Shown: positions 8,361 through 21,130 of the stretch, in pieces
How positions within the stretch are numbered: position 1 is the first letter of the stretch
Layout of the letters: the number at the start of each line of letters is the position of its first letter
Assembly: GCA_013265495.1 (NCBI GenBank)
Contig: MU057801.1
Span: forward strand, 1 to 64,000
Source of the DNA: Vicugna vicugna
Taxonomy: Eukaryota
Direction: 5' to 3'
DNA length: 64,000 nucleotides
Translations under genes and position numbers: made by a program
Notes under the pieces: generated by a model
What the model was told of the DNA's origin: nothing
The model's database searches: none
Seen by the model: only the letters and a program-made list of their open reading frames with translations

Positions 8361-11300
8361 CACACTGTGGAGCTGCATTCTTGCAGGCCTGACGCTTTCA
8401 GGCGCACTGGGGTTTCTTAGGAATATGCTGTCATCAGTAAGGAAACCTCAGAGCACTCTTCCGCCCAACAGGACTTTGTAAATATTGCAGCAAAAATAAA
8501 CATTTGGCGAAACTCAGTATTTAGGAGAAACAGTATTTTAACACAGTGTTTTTAAAAAATCAAATTTCATGTGAAAAATCCACGATGAACAAAATATCAG
8601 CGTTTTACATGAAGACGGGTTGTTTTGACCTCGCATCCTTGTGCAGTGGGAACAGTAGCTTCCAGTCGCCCCCAGTTTGGACCCCACCTGGGGTTTCTGA
8701 GGGTTGACAGCATCCTGTAGCAGATTACGCAGTGCCGGCCTGGTATGTAGTTGTGTTTTTTGACTGTGGAACTCTCAATAACTTTCTCAAGAAAGTTCAA
8801 ATATGCGAGAATATTTTGATGAATGTACACAGAGAAGGGCATTTTCTTTTTTGGCTTCAGGTTCCAGTGTGTTTCTAGACCGGTCATGCTTTGTCCCTGC
8901 TCTGGCACCTCCACAGAGGGCATCAGGGGCCACGGATTGGGAGGGGCCTGGGGGGAGACTGGCGTCTGGGACTCTTGCAGAAGGCTGGCGCTGGACAGGA
9001 GCTTTGGGATTTGGGGACTCTGCTCTCAGCGTTTGGAGGCTGGTGACACCAGAAGACCCATTTACTGCCAGGACCTCCTTTGCCTGGAGACTTTCTCCTG
9101 CAGACAGGTTATCTAAGTAGAGAAGGAGACCTAAAATGGCCCACCGTTGACCCGTGCAGGAGCAGATGGGAGCAGCTGGACTCCCTCCAGGGCTGTTGTA
9201 TGTACTTGTTTATAGATAACTTCCTGGTAACCCTCTCCCTCCTTCTCCAAATTCAAGAGCCACTGCGCACTACAAGGAGGAGTTCCTTCTCCAGAAATAC
9301 CTCCCTCCAGAACCAAATCCTCTCCGTCTGCTTGGAGGAGACAGACAACTCCTCCTCTGTTCAAGAACATGCAACACTGGGAGGTCCACCTCACTGGGGC
9401 CCATTCTTCACATATGCCCACGTCCCGTCATTTTGGCCTGGTACCCCACTCCCCTTGTGTATCTCAGCCATGCTTCAGGATTCCTAGTGATTTCAGCTGG
9501 GAAGGTTTCCTCGCACTCCCACCTCCTTTCCCGGGTAAGGCACCAGCATTCCAGGTGTGTGTATTAACTATGAGATACATGCAGTGGCCCCGACTCAGAA
9601 GCCCACTGTCTGAGAACTTCCTAGGGGTGGAAGCCAGCTCATAGCTCTCACTGCCTAACACTTAAGGAATGGGTGTTGAAAGAACAAGCAAAAGGATCCC
9701 TTTGTGAAAGCACTTTGAGGAGCTGCACTGCAGTTAAGTATGTCCTTGGCAGATAATCATATTTTTATAGTGCTTTGTAAGATGCTGTTACAGATAATAT
9801 TTCAGTTGTTTCTTACAATGATACTAATAATTTCATTTGGTAGGTGAGAAGGCAGAGGCCTGGAGAGGTCAAAGCACCCGCGTTGGAACCACAGGGCTTC
9901 AGGCCCAGTCATCATTTTGCTCTATCACCGCTCACTTGCTAGAGGCGGTCATGCTCAGAGGCACCCCTTGCAGAGTATGACCAGAGCAGAGTTTACACAG
10001 TGGTGTGCTTGGAGGCAGTTTTACTGAGAAATTACTAAAGAGTTACAGGGGTAAAATGTATTCGAGAAATGCTAATGTTAAGCAGGTTTTCCACTTCAGG
10101 ACTTTTCAGTGCCTTTATTATTATTATGTGCATTGGGACTCTGTAGGACGACTCCATGATGTGGGACACTTGCCAACTTCCATTTGTTCACAGAACCAGG
10201 AAGCATCTTCTGGATCTGGTGTTCTGAGGGAAATGGGAACTGTTGCTTAGTTCACTCACAACCTGACATCTAAGCAGAGCTCAAGGGACGCTAGTGTGCA
10301 GAATACTCCAAACGTATGCCCTGGACATTTAAAAGGCACAGTAATCCTCCCTTGTAAATTTAGGGTAAATTATTGGTTTGCCAGCTTCAGTGCCTCTGAA
10401 TAACATGAGTCATTTCTCCTGGTTTTGATCCGATCTGAGAAAACCCGAGTTGGGCAGACAATGCAAACATTCCCTGGAGAGTGGGGTCTCCGCGCTGTGG
10501 GAAGCAGGCAGAGCTCCCCCAGCCTCCCCGGAGCATGCCTCAGATGCGACTGTTTCTTTGGAGTGGCAACTGAAAGGGCACATCTTGGTCAACCACACCC
10601 ACTGAGCGGGAAAATGCAGTTGCCTGCGCTCCTTTCTCCCTGGGAGCTGGCAGTGTGGATTCTAGAGGTAGACACTGGTGCCACCTGCCCCCCCTCCCCG
10701 CCCCGAGCGCCTAGTACCAGAAGCAAACAGCTGCTGATGGCCACCCCTCATCCAGACCCCTCACTGCAGGAAAGGCAGCCCCCCACCCCATTCAGATGCA
10801 CCCATTGTTTGAAATCGTTTGAAGTCGTTTTGAAATGAGAACTTGCCTGCAACCTACTGTTAGGTACTTTTCACAGATCAGCACCCCTGCCTATTCAGGC
10901 TTCATTGCATTTAAGAGAGGAAGTGAGCAGCAGAAGGCAGCGATGGTATTTGAGGGACCCAGAGGAGTGGTGGACTAGGAGGAGCCTTGGGGGGGGGGTG
11001 ATGCCCTGATCCGAGAGGCTGTGTGAATTGCACCTCCATCCGAACACATTTCTGCCTCCAGTGCTGAGCAGATGTGTCTCATAGATTTTTCCAAAGTGTG
11101 GAAAGTAAGTGGGCTCATTTAGAGACCCGTATTGAATAGGGTGGTATCACAGAGGTCAAGGAAAGGGGTGATTTGAGAAAAAGGGACCTATCAGGTTGGG
11201 TGGGGTGGCTGTTCACGAGTGTGTGTCCTGCATGTGCGGCCGAGGAAGAGGGTGGGGAGGAAACACCGAATTTGCTTTCCAGCCCGTTAAGTTGGAAAGC

Positions 11301-11614
11301 CCTAGATGTGACCTAGATAGAAGCTGTCAGTAAACAGCCGGAGTCAGGGAGTCCCTGGGGCGCTGTGGGTGCTGGACTGGGGGCACTGGAGAACTCGTCC
11401 GGGAGAGGCCGCCGGCCAAGCAGGCTGGGGTCGAAGAAGAAACTGGAAGCCTGCGTCCGGGGACAGGGACGGGGACTGTGAAGCCAGAGAGGGGACGAGG
11501 AAGAGCCAGCACTGGTGATGGGGCAGACAGTCCAGGACTGTCAACCCGTGAGGTCATGGCCAGGGTCCTTTGTGGCTGATGGGTCAGGGCCAGGCTACTC
11601 CAGCTTGTGGATTT

Positions 11615-11951
11615 TTTTAAAAAACATGTAACCTTATATTAGTTTCATGTGTACGACTTAGCAATTGGATGTTTCTGTATATTGTGAAGTGATCGCCATA
11701 ATAAGTCTAGTTGATGTCTGTCACTACTGTTACAGAATTCTTTTTCTTGTGATGAGAACGTTTAATATCTACTCTCACTTAGCAACGTTCAAGTATGCAC
11801 TGCAGGACCACTAGGTATAGTCACAGTGCCGCACATCATGTCCTGTGACTTACCTGTTTTACACCTGGAAGTTTGTACCCTTGTCCCTCCCACCTCCCTG
11901 CACCTGCAACTCGGGCAACCAGTAGTCTGTTCTCTGTGCCTGTGAGCTTGG

Positions 11952-11995
<44 letters not shown>

Positions 11996-13408
11996 GTTTT
12001 CCACATGTAAGTGAGATCACAGGTGTTTGTTTTTCTCTCTCTGACTTATTTCACTTAGCATAATGCCCTCAAGGTCCATCTGTGTTGTTACGAATGGCAA
12101 AATTTTTATGGCTGAATAATAATGTTCGATTGGTTACATATACCACATCTTGACCCATCCCTCCATCAGTGGACACTTAGGTGGCTTCCATGTCTTGGCT
12201 TTTGTAAACAGTGCTGCTGTGAATATGGGGTGCATGTATTTTTCAAGTTAGTGTGTTCATTTTCTTCAGATAAATACCCAGAAGTGGAGTTGCTGTGTCA
12301 TATGGCAGTTCTGTTTTAAATCGAGGAACCTCTGTACTGTTTTCTGTAGTAGTTGCAGCAATTTACAGCCCACCAACAGTGCACGAGGGCTCCCGTTTCT
12401 CCACATCCTCGCCAGTTTGTTCTCTTGTATTTTTGATGATGGCCATTCTGGCAGGTGTGAGGTGGTAGTTCATTGTGGTTTTGACTTGCATTTCCCCGAT
12501 AATTCATAATGCTGAGCATCTTTTCATGTGCCTGTTGGCCATTTGTACATCTTCTTTGGGAAAATGTCTGTGCTGCCCATTTTAAAATGAGATTTTATTA
12601 TTATTAATTTTTTTACTATTTAGTTGTATGAATTCTTTGTGTATTTTGGATATTAACCCATTATCAGACACATGGTTTGCAAACATCTCCTCCCCCTCAG
12701 CAGGTTGCCTCTTCACCCGGTTGATTTCCTTTGCTGTGCTGATTTTTAGTTTGATGTCATCCCATGTGTTTGTCTCTTGCTTTTGTGGCCCTTGCTTTTG
12801 GTGTCAGAGCCAAAAAAATCATGGCCAAGCCTGACGTCAGGGAGCCTGCCGACCTATGTGTTCTTCCAGGAGTTTTATGGTTTCAGGTCTTACGTTCAAG
12901 GCGTTAGTCCATTCTGCTGTTAGTTTCTGTGTTTGGTGTAAGAGAGTAGTCCAGTGTCACTGCTTTGCATGTGGCGTCCAGTTTTCCCAGCATTGCTTAC
13001 TGAAGAGACTGTCCTTTCCCCATGTTTTTTCATTCTTGGTTCCTCTGTTGTAAATTAATTGACTGTATATGCGTGGTTTTATTTCTGAGCTCTCTATTCT
13101 GTTCCAGTGATCTAATGTGTCTGTTTTCATGGCAATTCCATCTTGATTTGATTATGATAAGCTTTGTAATGTAGTTTGAAATCAGGGAACTTGATGCCTC
13201 CAGCTTTGTTCTTCTTTCTCAAGATTTCTTTGGCTATTTGGAATCTTTTGTGGTTCCATACAAATTTTAGGAGTGTTCTATTTTTGTGAAGAATGCCACT
13301 GGAGTTTTGATAGGGATTGCATTGAATCTGTAGATGGCTTTGGGTAGCACTGGCATTTAAACAAGATTAGTTTTTCCAATCCATGCGCATAGAGCATCTT
13401 TCCATTTA
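11615..13408 (-). mobile_element. 5'-truncated LINE-1 (3'UTR plus ORF2 C-terminal part; L1MA9-like end)
   Basis: Antisense L1 3'UTR (gtgatgagaacgtttaatatctactc...ctggaagtttgtaccc) followed by degenerate ORF2 sequence to ~13408. Confidence 0.92.
11956..11992. repeat. (TG)n microsatellite
   Basis: Perfect TG run inside the L1. Confidence 0.95.
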
Positions 13409-13913
13409 ATCCCTGAGAAGTGTGGCGTGTCAGCTGAGGGTGGGAACAGAACCACACCAGTTAATACCAGCAAACCGGCTCCACAGAATGATCACATATT
13501 AAGTGAATGAGTGATTCAATGACACCGTTTTTGGTGGTAGAAACTTTTTACACTTTTAAAATCTAAACAGAGCCATTTCGTAGAAGATTCTTGTAAGGTA
13601 AAGTTGAATTTTGCAGGGGCAGGATGAGCTACGTGCACTGCAACCTACATGAGATGTCTTATTCTGGTCAAGAATCTTTGGTGGCGGGGAGCCTCGTTAG
13701 TGGGTTAAATAAGCCCAGAAGTTGTAGGAAAGGTTATGAAGGTATGCTGATTGGTTTTTTTAAACCATCACTTTTTTTCCTATGCAAAAATCTTTATTTT
13801 ATCCTTTAAAAGACTCACCTGTGCATTTCAACAGCTTTACCAGCTTTTAGCAGTGATTTAAATGATATTGCTGAGTTTCATAGTGTCCCAGTGAGAAACT
13901 AATTTGCGAGCTC

Positions 13914-14571
13914 TGTTATCAAATGCGGCTCCATTCGCCTGCCACACAGCAAAGCCAGTCTGCTAACGCCGGGGTGTGGTGAAGGAAAGTACAGCATTTA
14001 TTTGCAGGATGCCAAGCAAGGAGAATGGGCAGCTAATGCTTAGAAGACCCCAGCTCCCTGATGGCCTTCAGGCAGGGGTTCCTCAAGGCAGCAATAGGGG
14101 TGAGGGTCACAGGCTACGTCATCCCTTCATGGGCCCTCTTCGGATTGCTTGATGGTGAGGTGACAAGGTGGCATTTCTGGAATCTCAATCACCAGCCTTC
14201 TGGTTCCAGCCAGTCTGAGGTCTACGTGCTTGTGGTCAGCATGTAGTTAACATCCTCCACCTGGGTGGAGGTCTTAGTTTCTGCAAAACAACTCAAAAAT
14301 ATGCATCAGATTGTTGTCTGTATCCCTTGATGAGGAGCTAGGAGTCCTGTGACTGGTTTTTGGCTGAACTGTCGTTTAAGCTGTTACTACTTTTCTTGCT
14401 TGACTGCTTTCCCTTTGTTTCTGCGTTTTCTCACGTCTCTGATCGCCCACCGCCTAGGTCTGCTCTTTGGAACTGGAAGGCCTGGGCGTCCAGAACTTTT
14501 TACAAACAAGAAGTGGGGGACTCTGAGGGGCTCATACCTGTGATGGTCCCTGGGGGCCCTGCTTGGTTTCG
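13914..14571 (-). mobile_element. Solo ERV1-class LTR (MER39/MER34-like)
   Basis: Starts TGTTA and ends ggtttc(g). Internal motifs gcatttatttgcagg...ccaagcaaggagaatgggcagctaatgct and ttctggttccagccagtctgaggtctacgtgc. AATAAA on the minus strand near the left end. Confidence 0.75.
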
Positions 14572-15662
14572 GGGGTTCTAATTACCGTGAGCTTATATTC
14601 ATTTGAATTTGATCGTGACTTGTGGTCGAGTGACGGTCATCGGCGGTGTTACGTAATTCCCCCACTTGCCTGAAATTCTCAAAAGCTGAGCATTTTAAAG
14701 ATCAGGCTTGGTGGAAACATTTGCATTTTAGCATTTTTAACCAGTTAAGCCTATTTTAATTGAGAAGGTGAACCTAGTAAATTAGATAAAGAACAGATAT
14801 TTTAGTTTTCAAGTGTATGATTTCATGTGTTAGAAATGCAAAATACAGAAATCCAGGCATTCAGCCAGGTTAAACGTGAGCTCTAAAAAGCTTATTTTTT
14901 CCTTTACTGAAAAAATTACCACTGGTGTTATTTCCAAATAAGTATCTCCCCATTGCATTTAAGTCCCCAGAGACTAGCCAAGACCCCACACCTCTCAGCA
15001 GGGCTGAAACCAGAGGCCATGTCTGGGTAACCAGCCTTTAACACGTGGTGGCAGGAAGAGTGAGATGTCATCTCAACAGCCTGCCTCATCTCACGATCTT
15101 GACTTAGTAACTGAGTGCTGTGCGGCCGTCACTTTTTATCACAGACGCTGTCACTTTCTGTGTCCTCATAAGCCCGTGCTTTTCCTTTGGATTTCTTTCA
15201 TTGGTGTGGAGAAATCCTTTCTGCAGCCTCACACAGCTCGCCCTTTACCGCTTCTTCTAATTTTCCTACTTTCACTTTTACAGATTACTGTTAAAGTTCA
15301 TTTGGAATCACTTGGCAGGTGGTTTGTGAAGTCAGAATGCAATTTAATGCTTCTTGTTCCCACTAGTTTGCCTGCAGACCCAGCATAATTTGGTGAATAA
15401 ACCCACCTCTCCCAGCTCTATGAAACTTGTCGTATTTGGCTGGGCAAGTCTCATTTCACTTTTTCTTTCCCTTTTCTTTTCTTTTGCTTTCCCCCAGATT
15501 TTCTTTGCAGCGTTCACTTTAATTCTTCCAATTAATTTTATTCTAGGGGATTTGTTTGGAATTATATTAAGCCTAGCCACTGATTTGGAAAGACTTGATA
15601 CATACTGATTCCAGTAGTTCAGTGGAAGCCTGAGGCTTTGCTTGTGCAGACTCACATGGCAC

Positions 15663-16160
15663 TGAAGTACCGGTCAGCGAGAGCAGCACTCAGAGAGTTG
15701 GAGAACTCACCTTTATTACACCAACAGGCCCAGAGAAGTTAACACTTCAAGCTCTGGACCCTGTCTGTAGGTTTACACAGGCGTTTTATAGGCTGCCAGT
15801 TTTACACTTTGCAGCATCATATGCAAATAAAGTACAACAGAAGTTGACCAACCAGGAACAAGCTTTGTAGAAATAGGCCAATCAGGAGTGAGCTCCATGC
15901 AAATGAAGTACTACAAGTGGGCCAATCAGAAGTTAGGGAAATGGACCAATCAGAAGTAATAATGAGAGTAATAACCAGTCAGGAGTGAAGGGAATAACCA
16001 ATCAGAAGTGAGCTCAGGAAACCAATAGAATTCTAGGTGTAAGTTAGCCGCTTTAGAGGCAAAAAGTGAGATAGCACCTCTGGGCCAGGGAACCGGATGG
16101 TGCTAAGAGGAGAGCAATGGCCCTGCCTAGGGGTCTTGCTGGTATTTTTATGGGGCTTCA
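15663..16160 (-). mobile_element. Solo ERV LTR with tandem CCAAT/octamer U3
   Basis: Terminal inverted TGAAG...CTTCA. Minus-strand AATAAA (15712-15717) and TATAAAA (15784-15790) in LTR order. Five CCAAT boxes and two ATGCAAAT motifs upstream of the TATA. No clean TSD found. Confidence 0.75.
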
Positions 16161-19100
16161 CGCCTCACTGGGACAAGAAGGCACGAAGCTGGGCTGGCCC
16201 CGCGGAGACGGGGCTGCTTCTAGTTTCAGTGATGCTGGGGGTCCTGGCTGACTTCCGGGAGGCGGGGCAACATTCTTTTGGGATCTGATGCCCGTAGGTG
16301 TCCCTCTGAAATTCCCGGTGGTTGGAAGCGGATGCTCCCAAACCTGGCGAGGGCAGGACAGGTGGTTGTGCCCAGTTTGGACTTGAAAGCCCTCCTTAAA
16401 GTTCTTTATTATTTTCCTGTGCGATTGTTTCCCTGGGCAGTTTAGGGTGTGAACAGAGAAGGAGTATTGGGTCTTTTCTAAGAAGGTGTCTGCCCCTCAT
16501 CTCTTTATTAACAGCACGGTGAGGGGGGTTTCAGAGGCGCCCCTGGCTCTGGGCTACCCCACCTCCCTTCCACCCCCAGCCGCTTTCCCTGCGCCTGAGC
16601 AGAGGCGTGGAGGGAGGGTGGGAGTGGGGCCAGTGAGACAGGCAGGCTGATGCCGGTCTCCATTTAGGATTCCTTCCTCAACGCTTCTTATCCCCTTGGA
16701 GGGTGAGGGCTGACGGGTGACGCGCTCCTGTCCCTCCCCCGGGTGGGAGCCCTCTCCTGGCTGTGGGATGCCCCCCCGCCACTTCTCTCTGGAGTCTGGG
16801 ATTCCTACCTTAACACATGCTTAACATGTACTCTGTGTTACAGACAGCTTTCCCCTGGGCACATCTCATCCACCCAGTTAGGCTGGATGTCTTTGGCTAA
16901 TGTCTTTCTGTAAACGGAGTGCAGGGAGACCTCAGGGCTTCAGGTCGTACGTCTGTGATCTAAACAATACAAGTAACCTCCTATGTTGAAATATTGGCTC
17001 GGGGCCACCCCCTTCTCTTAAACCCTGTTTCCATGGGACTCTGGTACCTCCTGGAGGTGGAGTTGTATCGAAGAGCAGGGCTGTGGGAGGGCAGTGACCT
17101 CTTTCTATTTAGGGGTGCAGGGTGCACCTCGGAGGGGCCCTTCATCCTGTCCTGGGTGTCACCGAGTGTCGCGGTGGATGGGATGAGCGGTGACAGACGG
17201 GTCGGTTGGTGTGGGCTCAGGTCGAGTGGGGTTGGGTAGGAGGAGCGTCCTGTGCAAAGGAGGAGAATCAGGAGGAGAGCGGGGCGTGTGGGGGAGACAC
17301 GATTCACTCTTGCTCCACTGAGAGTGCGGGGTTCCCTGCGAGGGCCTGTGAAGTGTGGAGAGAGGGAGGCTGCGGTCCAGATGCTCTGAGGGCTTCGAGC
17401 CCTGCCAGGAGGGAGGCAGGGGCTGCACCTGCAGGACCGCGGAGGCCAGTTCAGGACAGCGTCACGCCCTGAAGGACCAGGCTGCGTGGAGAGATGGGGA
17501 GGGCCTGGGAGGGATCCCATCCTCCGGGGCCGCACAGCCTGTTGGAAGGTCAGGCCCTGCCGGGAGCTGCGCCACATTTTTGATGCAAGTGGAACCTCAG
17601 CCTCCTTTGTCTGCAAAAGGAGATAAGGGGAGGACTTCGCAGGGAAGTTCTGGACACACTGTGGGCCCCACCAGAGTGGCCGGATCCCGGGCCGGTGACC
17701 TTGCACAGCAGTGGTTGTACCCCTGCGTCTTGGGCTAAGCACTGCCCCAGCCACGCCCGCTGGACCTGGGTACAGACACCACGGTCCCATCAGCCTGGAG
17801 GCCGTCCTCCGCAGGGACGCGGGCGCCCGCTGTGGGAGTGAAGGTGTGCCTGAAGGCGGTACCGGGTTCTGCCGGACCGCGGCCACGGCTGGGACGCTTG
17901 TCCTCAACCTCGCAGGAGCCGGCAGGGCAGATGCTTAGACGGGAGAGCCCTCTCCACATCCTGTGACAGTGTGGGGGCCGGAGCTTCTCACGAGCCCTCT
18001 GCCATGAAGGCTGACGTGTACGGCTTCCTGTTGGTGGTCACCCTGGCCCACCAGAAGCCATCTTTGCTGCTTCTCCACCATGTCTGCTTCCCACAATTCT
18101 GCTGCAGATTTTTAGGCCATCAAGTCTTACTGGACATACTCAGTGCAATCACAGGATGCCTGTAACTATGGATGTACTCAGCTCTTGGTTTCTACTCCTG
18201 TTGGCTCCTGGTTCCTTGAACACTGACGTGGTGTGGGACTGGGGACACTGAGAGCCGTGGGTCTAGGAAACTGGAGAACATTAAGATCAGAAGAACTCCT
18301 TAATCAGGTCAGGAAATGAGAACATAAACCCTCCCTGTCCAGCCCGGCCGTTAAATACACAGGAGCATCTGAGCGCATGCGCACCGCACCCCAACCCTTT
18401 CTGGGCCGTGGTCGTCGTCATCCTTTCCCCCCGACTCGGCGGTCTGCACCAGCCCTGCCGGAGGAAGTGCAGGACCCTGGGACGTGGGAGTTGTTTCCAG
18501 CTAGCCGCCGCAGGAGGCTCCAGAGATGGATGAAATCCACTGTTACCAGGGCTGCAACTCACCGGTGAGAATTCCACACATCTACTCCTCTGAGCACCAG
18601 CAGCTGGAGTCAGAGACCCAGAAGCCAGACCAGATGGGCTAAGATGAGATCTCACACGTTAGGGTTCAGGATCTCCAGAGCTACGTCATAAGATCTAATT
18701 TTAACTATCGATGCAAGGTGGAAGTCAGTCTCTTAGTTTTTCCCTAAGGTACTTTTCATTCAGTGTAAGTATCAGGAAACATTAAAGTAATAATTGCAAG
18801 ACGAGAAAAGTGACCACCTGTAAGGATAAAGGGGAAAGAATGGCACAAAAATGTAGCGTTTTAACTACTGTTTTCCCACAAGTCCACTTAACCTTCCTGG
18901 TCTTTGTTGGTGTTTTCCATCCTGAGGGATTCCGTGTACATCCCGTGAGAGCTGATACAGGGAAGCACAGAGGGGTTCTGGGAGAGCTCAGCTCTTCCAG
19001 GGGGAGAGGGAGAGCCTGGCAGAGGAGCCAAGACCTCATAGTTCCCAAGGGTTTCGATGCTATTATAAATTAAACATCATTCTAGAAACGTGAAAATCAA

Positions 19101-19805
19101 TAATCCTGGCAAAATAGTTGTTGAAGTTTGGCTGAACTGAAGCCACTAGACAGCTGTATGATTCAGTATTATTTAATTTAAAAACACTGCCTTTGAAGAA
19201 GCTTTATTTTTTGGTATTTGGTATCTGCCAGGAAAATTGACCAAGATATGAAACCATTTGACTGCAAGCGTGTTTACACAGCACAGGAAAACCCAGCGCA
19301 GAAGCAAGGAGAAAGCCCTCTGACCGAGAAAGCCTTTCCCAGGAAATCACTGAACAGAAAAGTTTAACAGAATGAGATGCAGTTCGCCTTGCCCTCTGTC
19401 TTGAGGAGGAGATGTGGAACCTTGTTTTTCTTTAGAGTTGCTTTGTCTCATTGATCATCATGCTCTGTGGTGTGCTGCCCCGGCCACCTGGTTGCTGTCC
19501 CTCGTCCCAGTCACATCATCATCTGCCTCCTTCCCAGCTGGGACTTCAGGGTCTGGGATTGTAGCCCTTCCTTTGCTAAACCTTCATTCTCCTGTCATCT
19601 CTCGCAGGGGCTCTCCTGACTGAACCCCAGCCGGCTGGACCACACTGCCCCTGGTCTGTGCCTGCGCCCAGCGGGTGGACAGGCTGGAAAACCACCTGCA
19701 TGTTAAGTTCCGTGGCTGATCTCCACGGGTCCTGCTACATTTGTCAGCCCATCTGCTCTCCTCTTCAGATCAGCCTTTGACAGGCTTTTTTAAAACATTG
19801 CATTT

Positions 19806-19874
19806 ATATATGTGTATATATATATAGAGAGAGAGAGAGACAGAGAGAGAGAGAGAGGGAGAGAGAGAGAGAGA
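19806..19874. repeat. Compound (TA)n(GA)n microsatellite
   Basis: Directly visible. Confidence 0.9.
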
Positions 19875-20244
19875 AGTGAAATAAAGCTTGGGGCACTAAC
19901 ACTGCTCTGATATTTCCTTCTCCCTTCTCTGATCCTGTCCTGTCTCATTTACTGAAAATGTGCTGACGGCGACCTTCTGAACTGACCTCACCACCCACTA
20001 ATGGGTTTGGGAAAAAAGGAGCCCCGGGTTATTTCCCGCGGATTCCTCCCTTCTGGAGCCTCCGCTGCCCCACTGCCCTCCTCACTCCCAGTGCATGACT
20101 TTTCTTATTTTACTGAGAAACTAGAATTAGAAGAACTTGCATCGCTCTTGCCTCAAACCTACCACCAGACCTGCTGGCTGGGCTGTACCCGCTCTGGGGA
20201 TGCCAAGGAAGGGACCGGTCTGCGCCCCCCTCCTACCTTCTGGC

Positions 20245-20552
20245 CGTCCAGGCAACCCTCGGCTGGTGGACGCAGGGCTCCAGCCTCGGCCTGTGGCCTC
20301 CCACGCGTCCTCCCTGTGTGTGTGGCTTCACGTGGCCTCCCCTCTGCCATGTCTGTGCCCAGATCTCCCCGGTCAGTAAGGGCCTCGGTCTTACTGGGCT
20401 AGAGGCCTCCTAAAGACCTCTTCTTACCTTGACCAAGTCTGCACGGACCCTACTTCCGAAGAAGGGCCCACTCTGTGTGCCACTGGGGATCAGGACTCCC
20501 GCTTACTTTGGGGACTTTGGGGGCCGGGGGACATCACTCAGCCCATGGCAGG
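20245..20552 (-). mobile_element. MaLR LTR fragment (MLT1C/D-like)
   Basis: cttcacgtggcctcccctctg...cccagatctcc...gacctcttcttaccttgaccaagtctgcacggaccctacttccgaagaagg...ggggacatcactcagccca. Confidence 0.7.
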
Positions 20553-21034
20553 GTGTAAAGTGGAGTTAGAGACTGGCCGAGCATCCAGGCAGCGTGACCG
20601 ATGCCCATGGTCGGTGGTAGAGACGCGCTCTGGGTAGTAAGTGGTCACTCTGGGGTCAGAGTGCCTGGATCACCTCTCCTGCCCTCCTGCCCTGCGTCCG
20701 TGCAGGGGGTTCTTGGTGTCTCCCGGGAGTGGGTGAAGGCCGAGGATGGGAGCTGAAGGCTGAGAGAATGGACAAACCAAGTGGGTGGACCTTGACTTGG
20801 TCTGGGCACGGACTGTACGTGAAGCCAGCGTGCTGGTGTCGGTGATCTGGGGCGGCTCCGTGGGTACCAGGGTCTGGGAGAGGTCAGTCCTCAGCCAACC
20901 ACAGCCCCTGCTGCTGCTGGCTTAGCGGGGCCAGCGGCCACACGACTGTACTCGAGAGACGAGTAGCAGGACTTCCGCCTTCCTACTGATGCAGCGATGC
21001 CGACCACAGTCACCGTGAAAACTAACATCACGAG

Positions 21035-21130
21035 AGGAGGGTGCAGCTCAGTGGCAGAGTGTGTGCTTCCCGTGCACACGTGCTGGGTTCCATCCCCAGT
21101 ACCTCCGTTAAAAAGCAGGTAAACCTAACT
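21035..21130 (+). mobile_element. tRNA-Ala-derived camelid SINE (vic-1-like)
   Basis: gagggtgcagctcagtggcagagtgtgtgctt...ctgggttccatccccagtacctcc followed by an A-rich tail with aaacctaa. Confidence 0.85.

Noticed and set aside
15840..16030. Regularly spaced repeats superficially like a CRISPR array
   Set aside because: Eukaryotic context, core repeat only about 8 bp, inside an LTR U3 region, no cas genes.
16981..17907. 308-aa minus-strand ORF, the longest in the window
   Set aside because: Non-ATG start, P/R/S-rich, no homology I recognise, GC-rich context.
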